From: Escherichia coli
GTDB lineage: Bacteria; Pseudomonadota; Gammaproteobacteria; Enterobacterales; Enterobacteriaceae
Assembly: GCA_902500125.1 (NCBI GenBank)
Contig: GCA_902500125.1_4132.1
DNA length: 64,000 nucleotides
Strand: one strand, 5' to 3'
In this document: positions 9,189 through 18,490 of the stretch, piece by piece
Position numbering within the stretch: the first letter of the stretch is position 1
How the letters are laid out: every line of letters begins with the position of its first letter
Made by a program: the position numbers and the translations under genes
Notes under the pieces: model-generated
What the model was told of the DNA's origin: nothing
Database searches by the model: none
Seen by the model: the letters and a program-made list of their open reading frames with translations, nothing else

Positions 9189-9830
9189 ATGACTAAGCAA
9201 GACATATTCAAAACTTTAATTGACATTTTGCGTCCATCAAAAACTCGTTGTGCGATGGAGTTTGATATTCCTTATGCTGAACGCGTAATCTTTCCACAAG
9301 TTAAAGCTGCTGGACTTACTTTGCTTGGAATGGGGATGTACTCTGTAGTAGTTGAACATAAAAACTATCCTGGACGTGCATTTAAAGTAACCACTTCACG
9401 CTGGGATGGTTTTCGTGCTTATGCAAAGTACTGCATTGAAAACGCAGGAACCAAGTTTCTTCCAGTGATCTACAGTGCCAACGAACAAGGAAACTTTGGA
9501 TGGTATGAGATGGACAAGTACTATCCTATAATTAAACAAAAAAATAATTATGATGACTTTGTTAGTACTAAAATTGGAGATTTATATTCTTATGCACATG
9601 CTGGTCAGTACGCTACTTCAGTGAATGATATGCGTGGAAATTCTGAAGAGATTGCTATTGCAACGGTCGCTGCTAACATCATGAAAGAGTTTCACGGGCG
9701 TTTTGTACCAGACATTCATTCAAGTAATGTGATGATGGATAAAGATGGCAATGTATTCATTACTGATCCTCTTTCGTGTGATGTACGTAGAGAAATACCA
9801 GTTACTGAAGAAGATCCAGTTTTTTATTGA
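9189..9830 (+). CDS. protein-kinase-like protein (atypical, ~213 aa)
   Basis: RBS GAGGATAAAGTAATG; G-loop-like LGMGMYSVV, AFKV (VAIK-like), catalytic-loop-like DIHSSNVMMDKDGNVFITD. Confidence 0.55.
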   Translation: MTKQDIFKTLIDILRPSKTRCAMEFDIPYAERVIFPQVKAAGLTLLGMGMYSVVVEHKNYPGRAFKVTTSRWDGFRAYAKYCIENAGTKFLPVIYSANEQGNFGWYEMDKYYPIIKQKNNYDDFVSTKIGDLYSYAHAGQYATSVNDMRGNSEEIAIATVAANIMKEFHGRFVPDIHSSNVMMDKDGNVFITDPLSCDVRREIPVTEEDPVFY

Positions 9831-9891
9831 CAGAACTGATGTTCTGGTGTATTCTTAATAAACCATAAAAATTGCGGTAAAGGATAAAATC

Positions 9892-10173
9892 ATGCGTTCA
9901 TTTGAAAACTTAATAGGTAAGCATCTTTTATCTGAAATTGATGCAGACGTTAAAGAATTATCCAAATCAAAAAGTTACATTCATTTGGATGAACTGTTTA
10001 TTAAGTACGGTGAGATTGGTTTTAAGTCATTATTTGTTTTTACTATGAAAGTACATAGTTTAAAGTACTTCGATTTGAGTTCTAAAGATGGTGAACCGAA
10101 TCTATATTACATGTATTACCTTAAGAACAAAGATGAAGCTAATACATTACTCTCTGAATATATATTGGGGTAA
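9892..10173 (+). CDS. hypothetical protein (93 aa)
   Basis: ORF track; RBS AAAGGATAAAATCATG. Confidence 0.55.
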   Translation: MRSFENLIGKHLLSEIDADVKELSKSKSYIHLDELFIKYGEIGFKSLFVFTMKVHSLKYFDLSSKDGEPNLYYMYYLKNKDEANTLLSEYILG

Positions 10174-10175
10174 AA

Positions 10176-10514
10176 ATGGAACAATATTTTGAATTAATAA
10201 ACAAAGTATCATTTTATGTAGTATCTTTGGTTTGGGTGTATTATATGTTTTGCTATATTATTGCATTCTTCCGATATACTACTTTATATGAACGTATCTA
10301 CTATGATGCCCCAATTTCATTCTTGATGTTTTGTGCATGTACGTGGGGAATATTAGAAGTACTGATATGTGGGTATAGTACTGATGAATTAAATCTGGTA
10401 TCGGTGTTGACTGGGTTTTCATTTGTTGTTATGATAGCTGCCGTTCCAGTATGGTTGTTCTTTGGACTAGTTCATCGCATTGATATATGGCGTTCTAATA
10501 TCCCTGAAAAGTAA
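10176..10514 (+). CDS. membrane protein, family M paralog (4 TM, C-terminal R-x-N-[ILM]-P-E)
   Basis: Hydrophobic; C-terminal WRSNIPEK tail shared with nine other paralogs. Confidence 0.6.
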   Translation: MEQYFELINKVSFYVVSLVWVYYMFCYIIAFFRYTTLYERIYYDAPISFLMFCACTWGILEVLICGYSTDELNLVSVLTGFSFVVMIAAVPVWLFFGLVHRIDIWRSNIPEK

Positions 10515-10517
10515 GGA

Positions 10518-10865
10518 TTGGAAATGATTTATTACACTAACATGTTTGCCTATGCTGTTGCTTGCATTTACATTGTTTACTTCTTATTCGGTGGAGTACT
10601 GTGCTTCTTTAAGTACAAAACGTTGTTCAACCGAATGTACCCAAATCATCCAATTGTAGTTGTACTTTTGATTCTTTCAGTTTCTCAAATAATCGTTGAA
10701 ACTACAATGGGTATCAGTAGTGTACATTATAGTTTTGGCACTATAGTAATTATTACTATGCTTATTGCATACATTTTAGTACTTGGATATGGTATCTTTG
10801 GTAATATTGGTATGAAAATGTATCATCGAATTAAAACATTACGTGATAATCTACCGGAGCGTTGA
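10518..10865 (+). CDS. membrane protein, family M paralog
   Basis: C-terminal LRDNLPER; RBS AAGGATTGGAAATG. Confidence 0.6.
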   Translation: MEMIYYTNMFAYAVACIYIVYFLFGGVLCFFKYKTLFNRMYPNHPIVVVLLILSVSQIIVETTMGISSVHYSFGTIVIITMLIAYILVLGYGIFGNIGMKMYHRIKTLRDNLPER

Positions 10866-10866
10866 T

Positions 10867-11211
10867 ATGTATAATTTGAACCTAATCTCATATATTATAA
10901 CAACACTGTTTACATTCTATGCCTTTGTTGGTATAATCCTACTGTACTTTAAATTTTATAAAGTGTTTAACCGTTTCTATCCTTCAATGGAGAATGAGTT
11001 TTTCTTTGTGTTGTACGTAGGTTACACATTAATGGCTACATGTTTCACTGTAGCCGATGGTGTCATCGGCATTAAAACTGATTCCCCAAATGGTAGTACG
11101 CTGGTTGCATTTATTCTTACTGGATTCCTTGCAACTTATATTGCCTTCATTACAACATGGTCAGTGGTTGAATTTCTCTTGCGACTACGAAAGAATATGC
11201 CGAATCGATAG
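10867..11211 (+). CDS. membrane protein, family M paralog
   Basis: Internal Met after the upstream stop; C-terminal LRKNMPNR. Confidence 0.55.
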   Translation: MYNLNLISYIITTLFTFYAFVGIILLYFKFYKVFNRFYPSMENEFFFVLYVGYTLMATCFTVADGVIGIKTDSPNGSTLVAFILTGFLATYIAFITTWSVVEFLLRLRKNMPNR

Positions 11212-11220
11212 GAGACATAT

Positions 11221-11475
11221 ATGTTTGCGTTGCGTAATAAAAACACTAAAGAATTATTATGTATTGATACCGTATGGGATTGTGCGGGATCAACTACAGT
11301 TCTTGAAGAAGGAACTGGATATTGCGTGTTTGTTGTTCATGATAGGAATGAACTCGAATTATTACTTGCTGAGTTCAATGCTGGTGGTAATCCTAACAGT
11401 ACTGAATACCCTGAGATTATCAATCCAGCACCACCAGGCTCTTATGAAATTCTACAACTGTGGGAGTTGAAGTAA
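11221..11475 (+). CDS. hypothetical protein (84 aa)
   Basis: RBS ATAGGAGACATATATG. Confidence 0.55.
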   Translation: MFALRNKNTKELLCIDTVWDCAGSTTVLEEGTGYCVFVVHDRNELELLLAEFNAGGNPNSTEYPEIINPAPPGSYEILQLWELK

Positions 11476-11855
11476 TGCGTCAAATGCACAAAGTAACCGA
11501 GCTAAACAAGCGTCTGGTTAAACAATCAATGTTCGAGGATAAAGAGTCTTATTATAACTTTAAACGTGCTGTAGAGGCTGCTATCCACATTCAGAAGCTT
11601 AAAGAACGTGGTTGTATTATTCTGGAAAATGGGTCGGAAGTTGTAACGGATGACTTTAGTGTAGCGTTTGATGTTTCACCTGACGGGACGCTATCAATGC
11701 CCCGCTTAGGAACTGGAAACATGACTGTTTGGGTTGGCTTCACTATGGGGAATGTACCTGGTACTGTGTACGTAGATGATGCGGAATTGAAAGACAGTTT
11801 CAAAAACTTATCTTATCTTGAACCACAATACGCACATGAAATGAATTTATTTTGA
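11475..11855 (+). CDS. hypothetical protein (~126 aa)
   Basis: Internal Met with RBS GGGAGTTGAAGTAATG overlapping the upstream stop. Confidence 0.5.
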   Translation: MRQMHKVTELNKRLVKQSMFEDKESYYNFKRAVEAAIHIQKLKERGCIILENGSEVVTDDFSVAFDVSPDGTLSMPRLGTGNMTVWVGFTMGNVPGTVYVDDAELKDSFKNLSYLEPQYAHEMNLF

Positions 11856-11860
11856 GTTGA

Positions 11861-11890
11861 CAAACACATTCAGTACTGTATAATGCTTAT
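11861..11890 (+). promoter_or_regulatory. sigma70-like promoter (TTGACA-N16-TGTATAAT)
   Basis: TTGACAAACACATTCAGTACTGTATAATG upstream of gene 11932. Confidence 0.6.
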
Positions 11891-11931
11891 CAAGGGGATG
11901 AACTTCTCATCCCTACAATCGAGGAACTACC

Positions 11932-12486
11932 ATGATTACTTTTAAGAAAACTGCTAACCACATCCATGAAATCTACATTAACGGTCACAAAGCTGGCCTT
12001 CTTCGTTTACTCGCCCATCATCCTGATGTTACCGTATCTGATAATGAACCTAAAGATTGGCGTGTATTTTTCTTTGGAAAGTACAGTGATTTTCAAGTAT
12101 CAAACCTGAAGAACATTCGTTCAGTATGCACGTTAACTGAAATTAAAGAAAAGTTAGAAAAAGCATTGAAAACTAATCCAGATGGTGTTCTTCCACCTGA
12201 TAACTTTGTAGAGAAAGGTTATGCATTAGCTCATTTCAAAGATGGTACTATTCAATCTATCAGTACTGAATATGAATATCAATGGACTGAGTACTTCACT
12301 TATGGATCGCGTAATACATTGATGGCTTCACGTAGTAAATTGGAAGAAGTACTGACTCGTATGAATGAACGCGAACGTCAATTTTATGACAAACCAGAAA
12401 TGTGGAGTTCAACTTACATTGACCGTATTGACTATGTTATTATGACTCCAATCTTTGACACTGCTTACTATGATTCTTTGAAATAA
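11932..12486 (+). CDS. hypothetical protein (184 aa)
   Basis: ORF track; RBS GAGGAACTACCATG. Confidence 0.65.
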   Translation: MITFKKTANHIHEIYINGHKAGLLRLLAHHPDVTVSDNEPKDWRVFFFGKYSDFQVSNLKNIRSVCTLTEIKEKLEKALKTNPDGVLPPDNFVEKGYALAHFKDGTIQSISTEYEYQWTEYFTYGSRNTLMASRSKLEEVLTRMNERERQFYDKPEMWSSTYIDRIDYVIMTPIFDTAYYDSLK

Positions 12487-12497
12487 GGATAACTTAT

Positions 12498-12674
12498 ATG
12501 AAACTACGTACTCGTAATCGACTGATGGATGCACTGTACCATGAACAGCTTTCACTGAATGAAGTGAAGCGACAGTTAATGTACACATATCTGTTACCCG
12601 ATCGCATTGCAAAACAACGTGCTAAAGAATTGCTGAAAGAAGCAATCGAGTACTGGGAATCTGATTCGTACTAA
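12498..12674 (+). CDS. small hypothetical protein (58 aa)
   Basis: RBS TAAGGATAACTTATATG; below the ORF-track cutoff. Confidence 0.4.
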   Translation: MKLRTRNRLMDALYHEQLSLNEVKRQLMYTYLLPDRIAKQRAKELLKEAIEYWESDSY

Positions 12675-12702
12675 TTGTCACGTTAATTAAGTGAGGCGAT
12701 AA

Positions 12703-12954
12703 ATGAAAATTTTATTAGTTCTAATACTACTAATTGTTTTACCATTTACGTTAGTATCCCCTGAACTTGCATGGAATGTGTTTGTGTACTTAGTATGTAC
12801 TATTGTAGTAAATGGTATCTTGTTCTTAGTTCTATTCATAAATGGAATAGGACACGGTGGAGGATGGACCAGTACTGCTGATATTGTACATAAAACCACT
12901 ATGTCTTTATTTGTAATGTGGAATTTATTCTGGACTTGGTTTGTGTTCTTCTAA
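12703..12954 (+). CDS. membrane protein (83 aa)
   Basis: RBS AGTGAGGCGATAAATG; hydrophobic. Confidence 0.55.
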   Translation: MKILLVLILLIVLPFTLVSPELAWNVFVYLVCTIVVNGILFLVLFINGIGHGGGWTSTADIVHKTTMSLFVMWNLFWTWFVFF

Positions 12955-12962
12955 TTAAAAAT

Positions 12963-13334
12963 ATGAATATAGATTTGAAAGGTGCAACCCGAACTGTCAT
13001 ACTCATTGGGGAATATGCTATCAAGATTCCAACCTTTAAAAGTTGGAAGCTATTCTTAACAGGGATGATAGCTAACCTCAATGAACGTTCGTGGATGCAG
13101 TACTCCAATCGTAGTGATAGTAGTATCTGTCCTACGTTGTGGTCATCATGTACTGGACTAGTAACTGTACAGAAACGTTGTAAGCCAGTGCAACATAGGG
13201 GTTTATTTTGGGTGGAGTTGTGTGCTTTAGCATTGAATTCAGAGTTAAGTACTGACTTCTTCTATTCAGATGCGAAGCCAGAAAACTTTGGGTATCTGTG
13301 TGGTAAGTTGGTTAAACTTGATTATGGAGATTAA
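12963..13334 (+). CDS. mini protein-kinase-like protein (~123 aa)
   Basis: ILIGEYAIKIP (G-loop/AIK-like), YSDAKPENFGYLCGKLVKLDYGD (D-x-K-P-E-N catalytic loop plus DYG). Start could instead be 12918. Confidence 0.5.
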   Translation: MNIDLKGATRTVILIGEYAIKIPTFKSWKLFLTGMIANLNERSWMQYSNRSDSSICPTLWSSCTGLVTVQKRCKPVQHRGLFWVELCALALNSELSTDFFYSDAKPENFGYLCGKLVKLDYGD

Positions 13335-13335
13335 T

Positions 13336-13605
13336 ATGTACGCATTGTATAATAAAGAAAAGAAACGATTTGCTAAGGTTGAAATTTCGATTGATACATT
13401 TGACATGTTGGAGTACTGTATTGTAACGGACTTATATGCTAACTTGTATTACGTTCTTGATGACGTATCAGTACTGCAACGATTGCTTGAGAATTCCAAA
13501 AGTCAATGCCAGGACATCCATGATGGTTCATCTTATGAAACACCTGAGTGTCCCCACGGGCAACTCGATGGGTATGAGATTGTTAAGTTGGGAATTGTTG
13601 AGTAA
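13336..13605 (+). CDS. hypothetical protein (~89 aa)
   Basis: Internal Met with RBS GGAGATTAATATG immediately after the upstream stop. Confidence 0.5.
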   Translation: MYALYNKEKKRFAKVEISIDTFDMLEYCIVTDLYANLYYVLDDVSVLQRLLENSKSQCQDIHDGSSYETPECPHGQLDGYEIVKLGIVE

Positions 13606-13610
13606 AAGGT

Positions 13611-13640
13611 ATTGACACCGTACTCATTTAACTGTATTAT
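13611..13640 (+). promoter_or_regulatory. sigma70-like promoter (TTGACA-N17-TATTAT)
   Basis: TTGACACCGTACTCATTTAACTGTATTATG upstream of gene 13671. Confidence 0.5.
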
Positions 13641-13670
13641 GTATGTACACCAACTAATGAGGAATCGGAA

Positions 13671-14030
13671 ATGGCATCTTTATCTGAAATCACTGAACTG
13701 AATCCACTGGTAATTAGTACTGTTCAACGCACCAAGACGTTTTACTTCCGTCCTGCTGATGGATGGAAACGTGGAATGAATGGTGACTATCGAGTACTGG
13801 AAGATTCGCTCATCGAGCGTATCAACTCTGAACTACAGAAGTATGAAGGTGTTAAAGTTGTCCGTTCAACTTCTCGTTATTTTGAGTACTACATTGAGTC
13901 TTCAACTGTAAATGAAAACTCATCATTCTCGGTGGATAACACTGATATTCTTCGCAATGCAGTTGGTTTGCTATGCAACATTGCAGAAGAAATGGGATTA
14001 ACTATCACCACAATGAGTGAGTTAGAATAG
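13671..14030 (+). CDS. hypothetical protein (119 aa)
   Basis: ORF track; RBS GAGGAATCGGAAATG. Confidence 0.6.
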   Translation: MASLSEITELNPLVISTVQRTKTFYFRPADGWKRGMNGDYRVLEDSLIERINSELQKYEGVKVVRSTSRYFEYYIESSTVNENSSFSVDNTDILRNAVGLLCNIAEEMGLTITTMSELE

Positions 14031-14040
14031 AATAAAAAAA

Positions 14041-14066
14041 GGGTTGACTTAGGTCGGCCCTTTTGC
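14041..14066 (+). terminator. rho-independent terminator (T1/T2-like) followed by TTGCTATTATATC
   Basis: GGGTTGAC-TTAG-GTCGGCCC followed by TTTTG. Confidence 0.6.
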
Positions 14067-14100
14067 TATTATATCTATATCGAAACGAAGGAGACAAACC

Positions 14101-14874
14101 ATGACCCGTCAAGAGAAAGCAATCCAAATCGAAAAAAACTTCAATAGCATGATGGCTGCACTGGAATGCCTTCTTGATACACAAGCTAACTCTATCAACT
14201 CTCTGATCGTATCAGGTAAAGGTGGTGTTGGTAAAACTTATAACGTTGACCAACGGTTGCAGAAAGCTGATGATAACTTTGAAATCGACTACAAGAAAAT
14301 CAGTGGTAAAGTAACTACTTTGGGTCTGTACGAAGCACTGTATCGTTCACGTCATGCCGCATCAGTACTGTTACTTGATGACGTTGATATCTTCTCTGAC
14401 GAGACTAATATTGATTTGCTTAAAGCTGTGTTGGATACGTCAGAGAAGCGTGTAGTTTCTTACGCGACTTCTGCTAAGTACCTGGAACAGCAGGGTATCC
14501 CTAAGCAGTTTGAATTCCGTGGTAAAGTAATCTTTCTGACTAACAAAAACCTGTCACAGATTGCTAAAGGTAAAAGCAGCTTAGCACCACACATCGATGC
14601 ACTGATCACTCGTAGTATCTTTGTTGACCTGCAACTGTTCACCAACGAAGAAGTGATGATTCACATTGAGAACATCATGAACAAAACTAACATCCTTGAA
14701 AACAATGGTGTTAACAAAAATGGTTGTAAAGCAATCCTGAATTGGATGCTGAACAACGAAGAACGTTTGCGTAGTCCATCACTGCGTATGCCAGTACTGA
14801 TCGCTGGTTTGTATAATAAATTCCCATACGATTGGGAATCAATGGCAGAGAATATGTTCCTTGAGAAAATTTAA
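14101..14874 (+). CDS. P-loop ATPase with deviant Walker A (ParA/MinD/Mrp-like)
   Basis: RBS AAGGAGACAAACCATG; VSGKGGVGKT Walker A and VLLLDDVD Walker B-like; 257 aa. Confidence 0.5.
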   Translation: MTRQEKAIQIEKNFNSMMAALECLLDTQANSINSLIVSGKGGVGKTYNVDQRLQKADDNFEIDYKKISGKVTTLGLYEALYRSRHAASVLLLDDVDIFSDETNIDLLKAVLDTSEKRVVSYATSAKYLEQQGIPKQFEFRGKVIFLTNKNLSQIAKGKSSLAPHIDALITRSIFVDLQLFTNEEVMIHIENIMNKTNILENNGVNKNGCKAILNWMLNNEERLRSPSLRMPVLIAGLYNKFPYDWESMAENMFLEKI

Positions 14875-14941
14875 TTACATGTATTGACAGTACTACACTA
14901 TGGTAGTACTATAACTTAATATTCACCACCGGAGATACGAT

Positions 14942-15280
14942 ATGCTTGAGTTTTTTAATTCAGATACAATGATTAGTATTACTTTGATTTATCTGTTTGG
15001 TTTTTTCTTTTATCATGCACTGGTTGTAGTACTGTGGTATTTTAAAAAGAAAATTGTTTTTAAACTGTATCCAGTAAGGAATTCATCACTAGTTCTTTAC
15101 ACACTAGTTCAAGGTTTGTTTGCAATTGTTGGTCTTATGGCACACTTAATTTATTGTGCCAATCCTCACTTGAACTCAATCTCACAATATATTGTATTCT
15201 TTGGGTTGTTCATTTGGTTAGTTGTATACTTAATCCATCTCATTATTCATGGTAGAGATAAAATTCGCGGAGACTTCTAA
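14942..15280 (+). CDS. membrane protein, family M paralog
   Basis: RBS CCGGAGATACGATATG; 3-4 TM helices. Confidence 0.55.
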   Translation: MLEFFNSDTMISITLIYLFGFFFYHALVVVLWYFKKKIVFKLYPVRNSSLVLYTLVQGLFAIVGLMAHLIYCANPHLNSISQYIVFFGLFIWLVVYLIHLIIHGRDKIRGDF

Positions 15281-15627
15281 TGTTTGAAGCTTATCTTGAG
15301 TTTTTAAGGAGTAGTTCAGTTGCACATTCACTTGCAGGGATTATTCTAACAACTTATGTATCATTTTGGGTAGTTATGTTTCTAGGATGGTATTTTAAAC
15401 GACAATTCTATAAACGTAATGGTGAAGATTTTATGAATTCTGCCATTAATCAATCGTTGTTTGCATCAACATTGATTGCATGTATTGTAGCAACACTCAC
15501 AGGAAAGGTACTACCAGCTTTTTCCGCAGTTTACGGCACACTTGGGATGATATGTTTAACTTTTATATTGACCATTAAAATTTGTTGTGTTATGATTGAA
15601 CTTCGAAATAAGATACCGGAGGAATGA
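15280..15627 (+). CDS. membrane protein, family M paralog
   Basis: C-terminal LRNKIPEE; ATGA-type coupling. Confidence 0.6.
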   Translation: MFEAYLEFLRSSSVAHSLAGIILTTYVSFWVVMFLGWYFKRQFYKRNGEDFMNSAINQSLFASTLIACIVATLTGKVLPAFSAVYGTLGMICLTFILTIKICCVMIELRNKIPEE

Positions 15628-15962
15628 TGGAGTACTTTATTGATTTACTGCCGTGGTATATGAAAGTTAGTACCATGTACTATATTATTAGTGCTGGATT
15701 CTACTTTCTGATGTGGTTCTTTAAACGACCAATTTCAGTATTCATCGCTGATAACATGCTGCAATTAAAATTACACGCATGGTTTGGTATGGCGATGATT
15801 ATGCCTATTATTCACTACTCAATGATTAGTAGAGGTTTCCGTTCTAATGGTGAACCAATTGTATTAGTATTCTATTGGGGTTCAACTATTGCATATGTAA
15901 GTTTGTTGTTGTTCCCAGTCGTTCATAAGTTACGTGCTAAAGTTCCTGATGCGAGGTACTAA
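15624..15962 (+). CDS. membrane protein, family M paralog
   Basis: C-terminal LRAKVPDARY; overlaps the upstream stop. Confidence 0.6.
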   Translation: MMEYFIDLLPWYMKVSTMYYIISAGFYFLMWFFKRPISVFIADNMLQLKLHAWFGMAMIMPIIHYSMISRGFRSNGEPIVLVFYWGSTIAYVSLLLFPVVHKLRAKVPDARY

Positions 15963-16276
15963 TGGATATAGTAACATTGATTTACACGTTGTATTCATTC
16001 TATTTCATTATGTGTTGGGTTGGATTTTTATTTGTACTCAAGATGTTTGATTATGTTGAAAAACAGATAAAAGAATTTTGTATTCCTTTTATCGGTTCAA
16101 CCATTATTAGTGTTTCTTGTGTGTATTTTTTGGTTTTTGATCCACCAGATAACACTGCAATGATTGACTTGATGTTACTACCAACAACTGTTACTTTTTT
16201 ATGTAGTCTGATGCCGCCGATTAGCCGTGGACTAACAGAATTTAGACGCAATCAAAAGCGTAAACGAGGGATGTAA
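15962..16276 (+). CDS. membrane protein, family M paralog
   Basis: Hydrophobic; C-terminal FRRNQKRKRGM; coupled. Confidence 0.55.
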   Translation: MDIVTLIYTLYSFYFIMCWVGFLFVLKMFDYVEKQIKEFCIPFIGSTIISVSCVYFLVFDPPDNTAMIDLMLLPTTVTFLCSLMPPISRGLTEFRRNQKRKRGM

Positions 16277-16644
16277 TGGAAATTGCTCTTATTATCTTAA
16301 CTGCTATGCTGTTTATTAGTACTGTGGTTATAATTGGTAAATTCTTTTGTGTATCATTTTTAGAAACGGTATACGATGAAATTGCTGATGATTATGAATT
16401 ACAAGCCGGATTTTTCATTACGTATTGGCTTAGTTTATTTTGTCTAGTCATTGCTTGGATTTTACATATCTTTAAATGGGGTATGGTAGACGGTGATCCT
16501 ATTATGGCAATTATTGTTCTAGTGTTTGGTATCCTTGGTGGTGCAGTGCATAATCTAATGGTTATCTGGCAAACTGTTCAATATGTTTTGGTTCCCTATT
16601 TCGAAAAGATGCACAGTACAATTAAAAAACGTAAACGAGGTTAG
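16276..16644 (+). CDS. membrane protein, family M paralog
   Basis: Hydrophobic; C-terminal KKRKRG; coupled. Confidence 0.6.
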   Translation: MEIALIILTAMLFISTVVIIGKFFCVSFLETVYDEIADDYELQAGFFITYWLSLFCLVIAWILHIFKWGMVDGDPIMAIIVLVFGILGGAVHNLMVIWQTVQYVLVPYFEKMHSTIKKRKRG

Positions 16645-16645
16645 T

Positions 16646-17008
16646 ATGAACGGGATAGAATTATCTTTCGTTGGTCAATTACTAGTAATGGCGTATACAT
16701 TTATCTTCTCACTGAATGCATTCGTGTGCATTGGGAAGTACTTCCATAAGCGACCATTATCAAATATATATGATGTAATCCAAAAGAGATATAGTCCAGC
16801 ATATACTGTGTTGGGTACAGTATTCAATTTTGGTTTTATTGTATTAATAATTGGACTGTTCACATCCTCTTTGAATACAATAACCTTCGGTCTTATGATA
16901 TGTTCATTGGTATTAGCCGTAATTATATGTTGTTTAGTACTGCACCTTGTGGTACTATTGTATATAAAGATCTCTGAAATCCACCAACGTTTGGGTATGA
17001 GGAAATAA
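16646..17008 (+). CDS. membrane protein, family M paralog
   Basis: Internal Met with RBS ACGAGGTTAGTATG directly after the upstream stop. Confidence 0.55.
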   Translation: MNGIELSFVGQLLVMAYTFIFSLNAFVCIGKYFHKRPLSNIYDVIQKRYSPAYTVLGTVFNFGFIVLIIGLFTSSLNTITFGLMICSLVLAVIICCLVLHLVVLLYIKISEIHQRLGMRK

Positions 17009-17009
17009 T

Positions 17010-17381
17010 ATGAGTTACCGTGAGATATTTTCCATTATTTCAATTATTATGTTCAGTACTGGAACACTGGTATGGTTATTATACTTCTTCTGTATTAATC
17101 CAGTGTATAATATGTTATGTAATATTAAATCAAGTGCCGGATATATCACTTTTATGGTCTTTATGGGATATTATTGTCTAAGCATTTTAGGTGTTGTTTT
17201 GGTTGTTATATTTGATGTGGGACCAAATAGTGATGGTATGGAAATACATGAATTAATAACCATGTTTGGATGTATGATACCAACAGCACTACTGTTTGTA
17301 GCTACTGGTAGTGGATTGATAAAATTATATAATTATTTAAAATCCATTCATAATTCCATTCATAATAAGCGTATGTCATAA
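17010..17381 (+). CDS. membrane protein, family M paralog
   Basis: RBS GAGGAAATAATATG; hydrophobic. Confidence 0.6.
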   Translation: MSYREIFSIISIIMFSTGTLVWLLYFFCINPVYNMLCNIKSSAGYITFMVFMGYYCLSILGVVLVVIFDVGPNSDGMEIHELITMFGCMIPTALLFVATGSGLIKLYNYLKSIHNSIHNKRMS

Positions 17382-17423
17382 TAAAAAATCCAGTACTATT
17401 AAGTACTGGATGTATAAGGAGTT

Positions 17424-18086
17424 ATGATGAAATCAAAATTAGGTTTGTTTTATAAAAACTATTTTGTTAAACAACGTAAATTTATAAAAAAATATTTCTC
17501 TGGCGAGAAGTCTAGTCCTATAATCTTTAAAAGACCAAGTTATAATACTTACTTAGCTGGTGCTAAACAGTCTAAGAAATTTATTACTCTTTTACATAAA
17601 AACAAAATTAAAGCTTCTTATGTTGAAACGAGAAGAAACTCATCAATAACTCCTGGTGATTTTATTGAGTACGGATGTTTCAATATTAAGTACAATGATA
17701 ATACATACTTTATGGATATTGATTGTAATACATCCAATCTTTTTAACATTGTAGTAAATCCATTAAAACAATATAATGTTTATGGTGATTCTATTATCAA
17801 ATTAATCAAAAACAAAGATAGCTTTGATTTTGAAATAAATGTTTTAGATGATAATTTTGACGAAGTACCAGTAAACCCTGAAATCTGTGATATTTTAAAC
17901 AGTTTAAAAGGTAGTACCTACACTATATCATCTGATTTAATGTTTCAGTACTCATTAATCCATAAAGATATTGAAAAGTATATTGAATGCTCCAAAATTT
18001 TGAATTATCTTTACGATGAATTTAAAAAGAGTTCTAAAATAACCGCATACACTTTGTACAATATTCCTAAAATGGTGAATCTTTGA
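17424..18086 (+). CDS. hypothetical protein (220 aa)
   Basis: RBS TAAGGAGTTATGATG; converges on the minus-strand array, with a 20-nt 3' overlap. Confidence 0.55.
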   Translation: MMKSKLGLFYKNYFVKQRKFIKKYFSGEKSSPIIFKRPSYNTYLAGAKQSKKFITLLHKNKIKASYVETRRNSSITPGDFIEYGCFNIKYNDNTYFMDIDCNTSNLFNIVVNPLKQYNVYGDSIIKLIKNKDSFDFEINVLDDNFDEVPVNPEICDILNSLKGSTYTISSDLMFQYSLIHKDIEKYIECSKILNYLYDEFKKSSKITAYTLYNIPKMVNL

Positions 18087-18490
18087 CAAATACAGTACTG
18101 GCAACTCCACCGTCTGTAACATATTGTCCAGTACTGTAAATTTGTATACCATCGGTTAAGTAAGTTCTGTATAAAGTTGCTGTAACATATACGTTATTCA
18201 TATTCATCTCTATTGGTAGTACACATTTGGTATAGGCTGAGACATCTGTTTGTGTACCTATACCTAATTGACCTGCGTTATCGCCTGTGTTATAACCAGT
18301 TGCGTAAACACCTAATGAAGTTATAATATGATTAGAAAAATATGAATAACCCAAACTCTTGAGATTCTCTACTGTACAACGTACCATCTGACATAAGGGC
18401 AAAAACTGTTGTATCAGATGAAGCTATTTTTGTTACAGAAGGTTGTATGTTCTGTTTTGATGATGTGATAATTCTTCGAAAGGGTAGCAT
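18067..18490 (-). pseudogene. truncated/frameshifted RCC1-like paralog (MLPFRRII... N-terminus, family-like C-terminus)
   Basis: GGAGGATACAATG then MLPFRRIITSS for 48 codons to a stop; ORF 18067..18402 in another frame ends ...STVFVKDSPF like paralog 26650. Confidence 0.4.

Noticed and set aside
17399-17419. Hairpin TCCAGTACT-ATTAA-GTACTGGA after gene 17010..17381
   Set aside because: Good stem but followed by TGTATAAGGAG rather than a T-tract. Possibly a processing site or regulatory hairpin, but not called a terminator.
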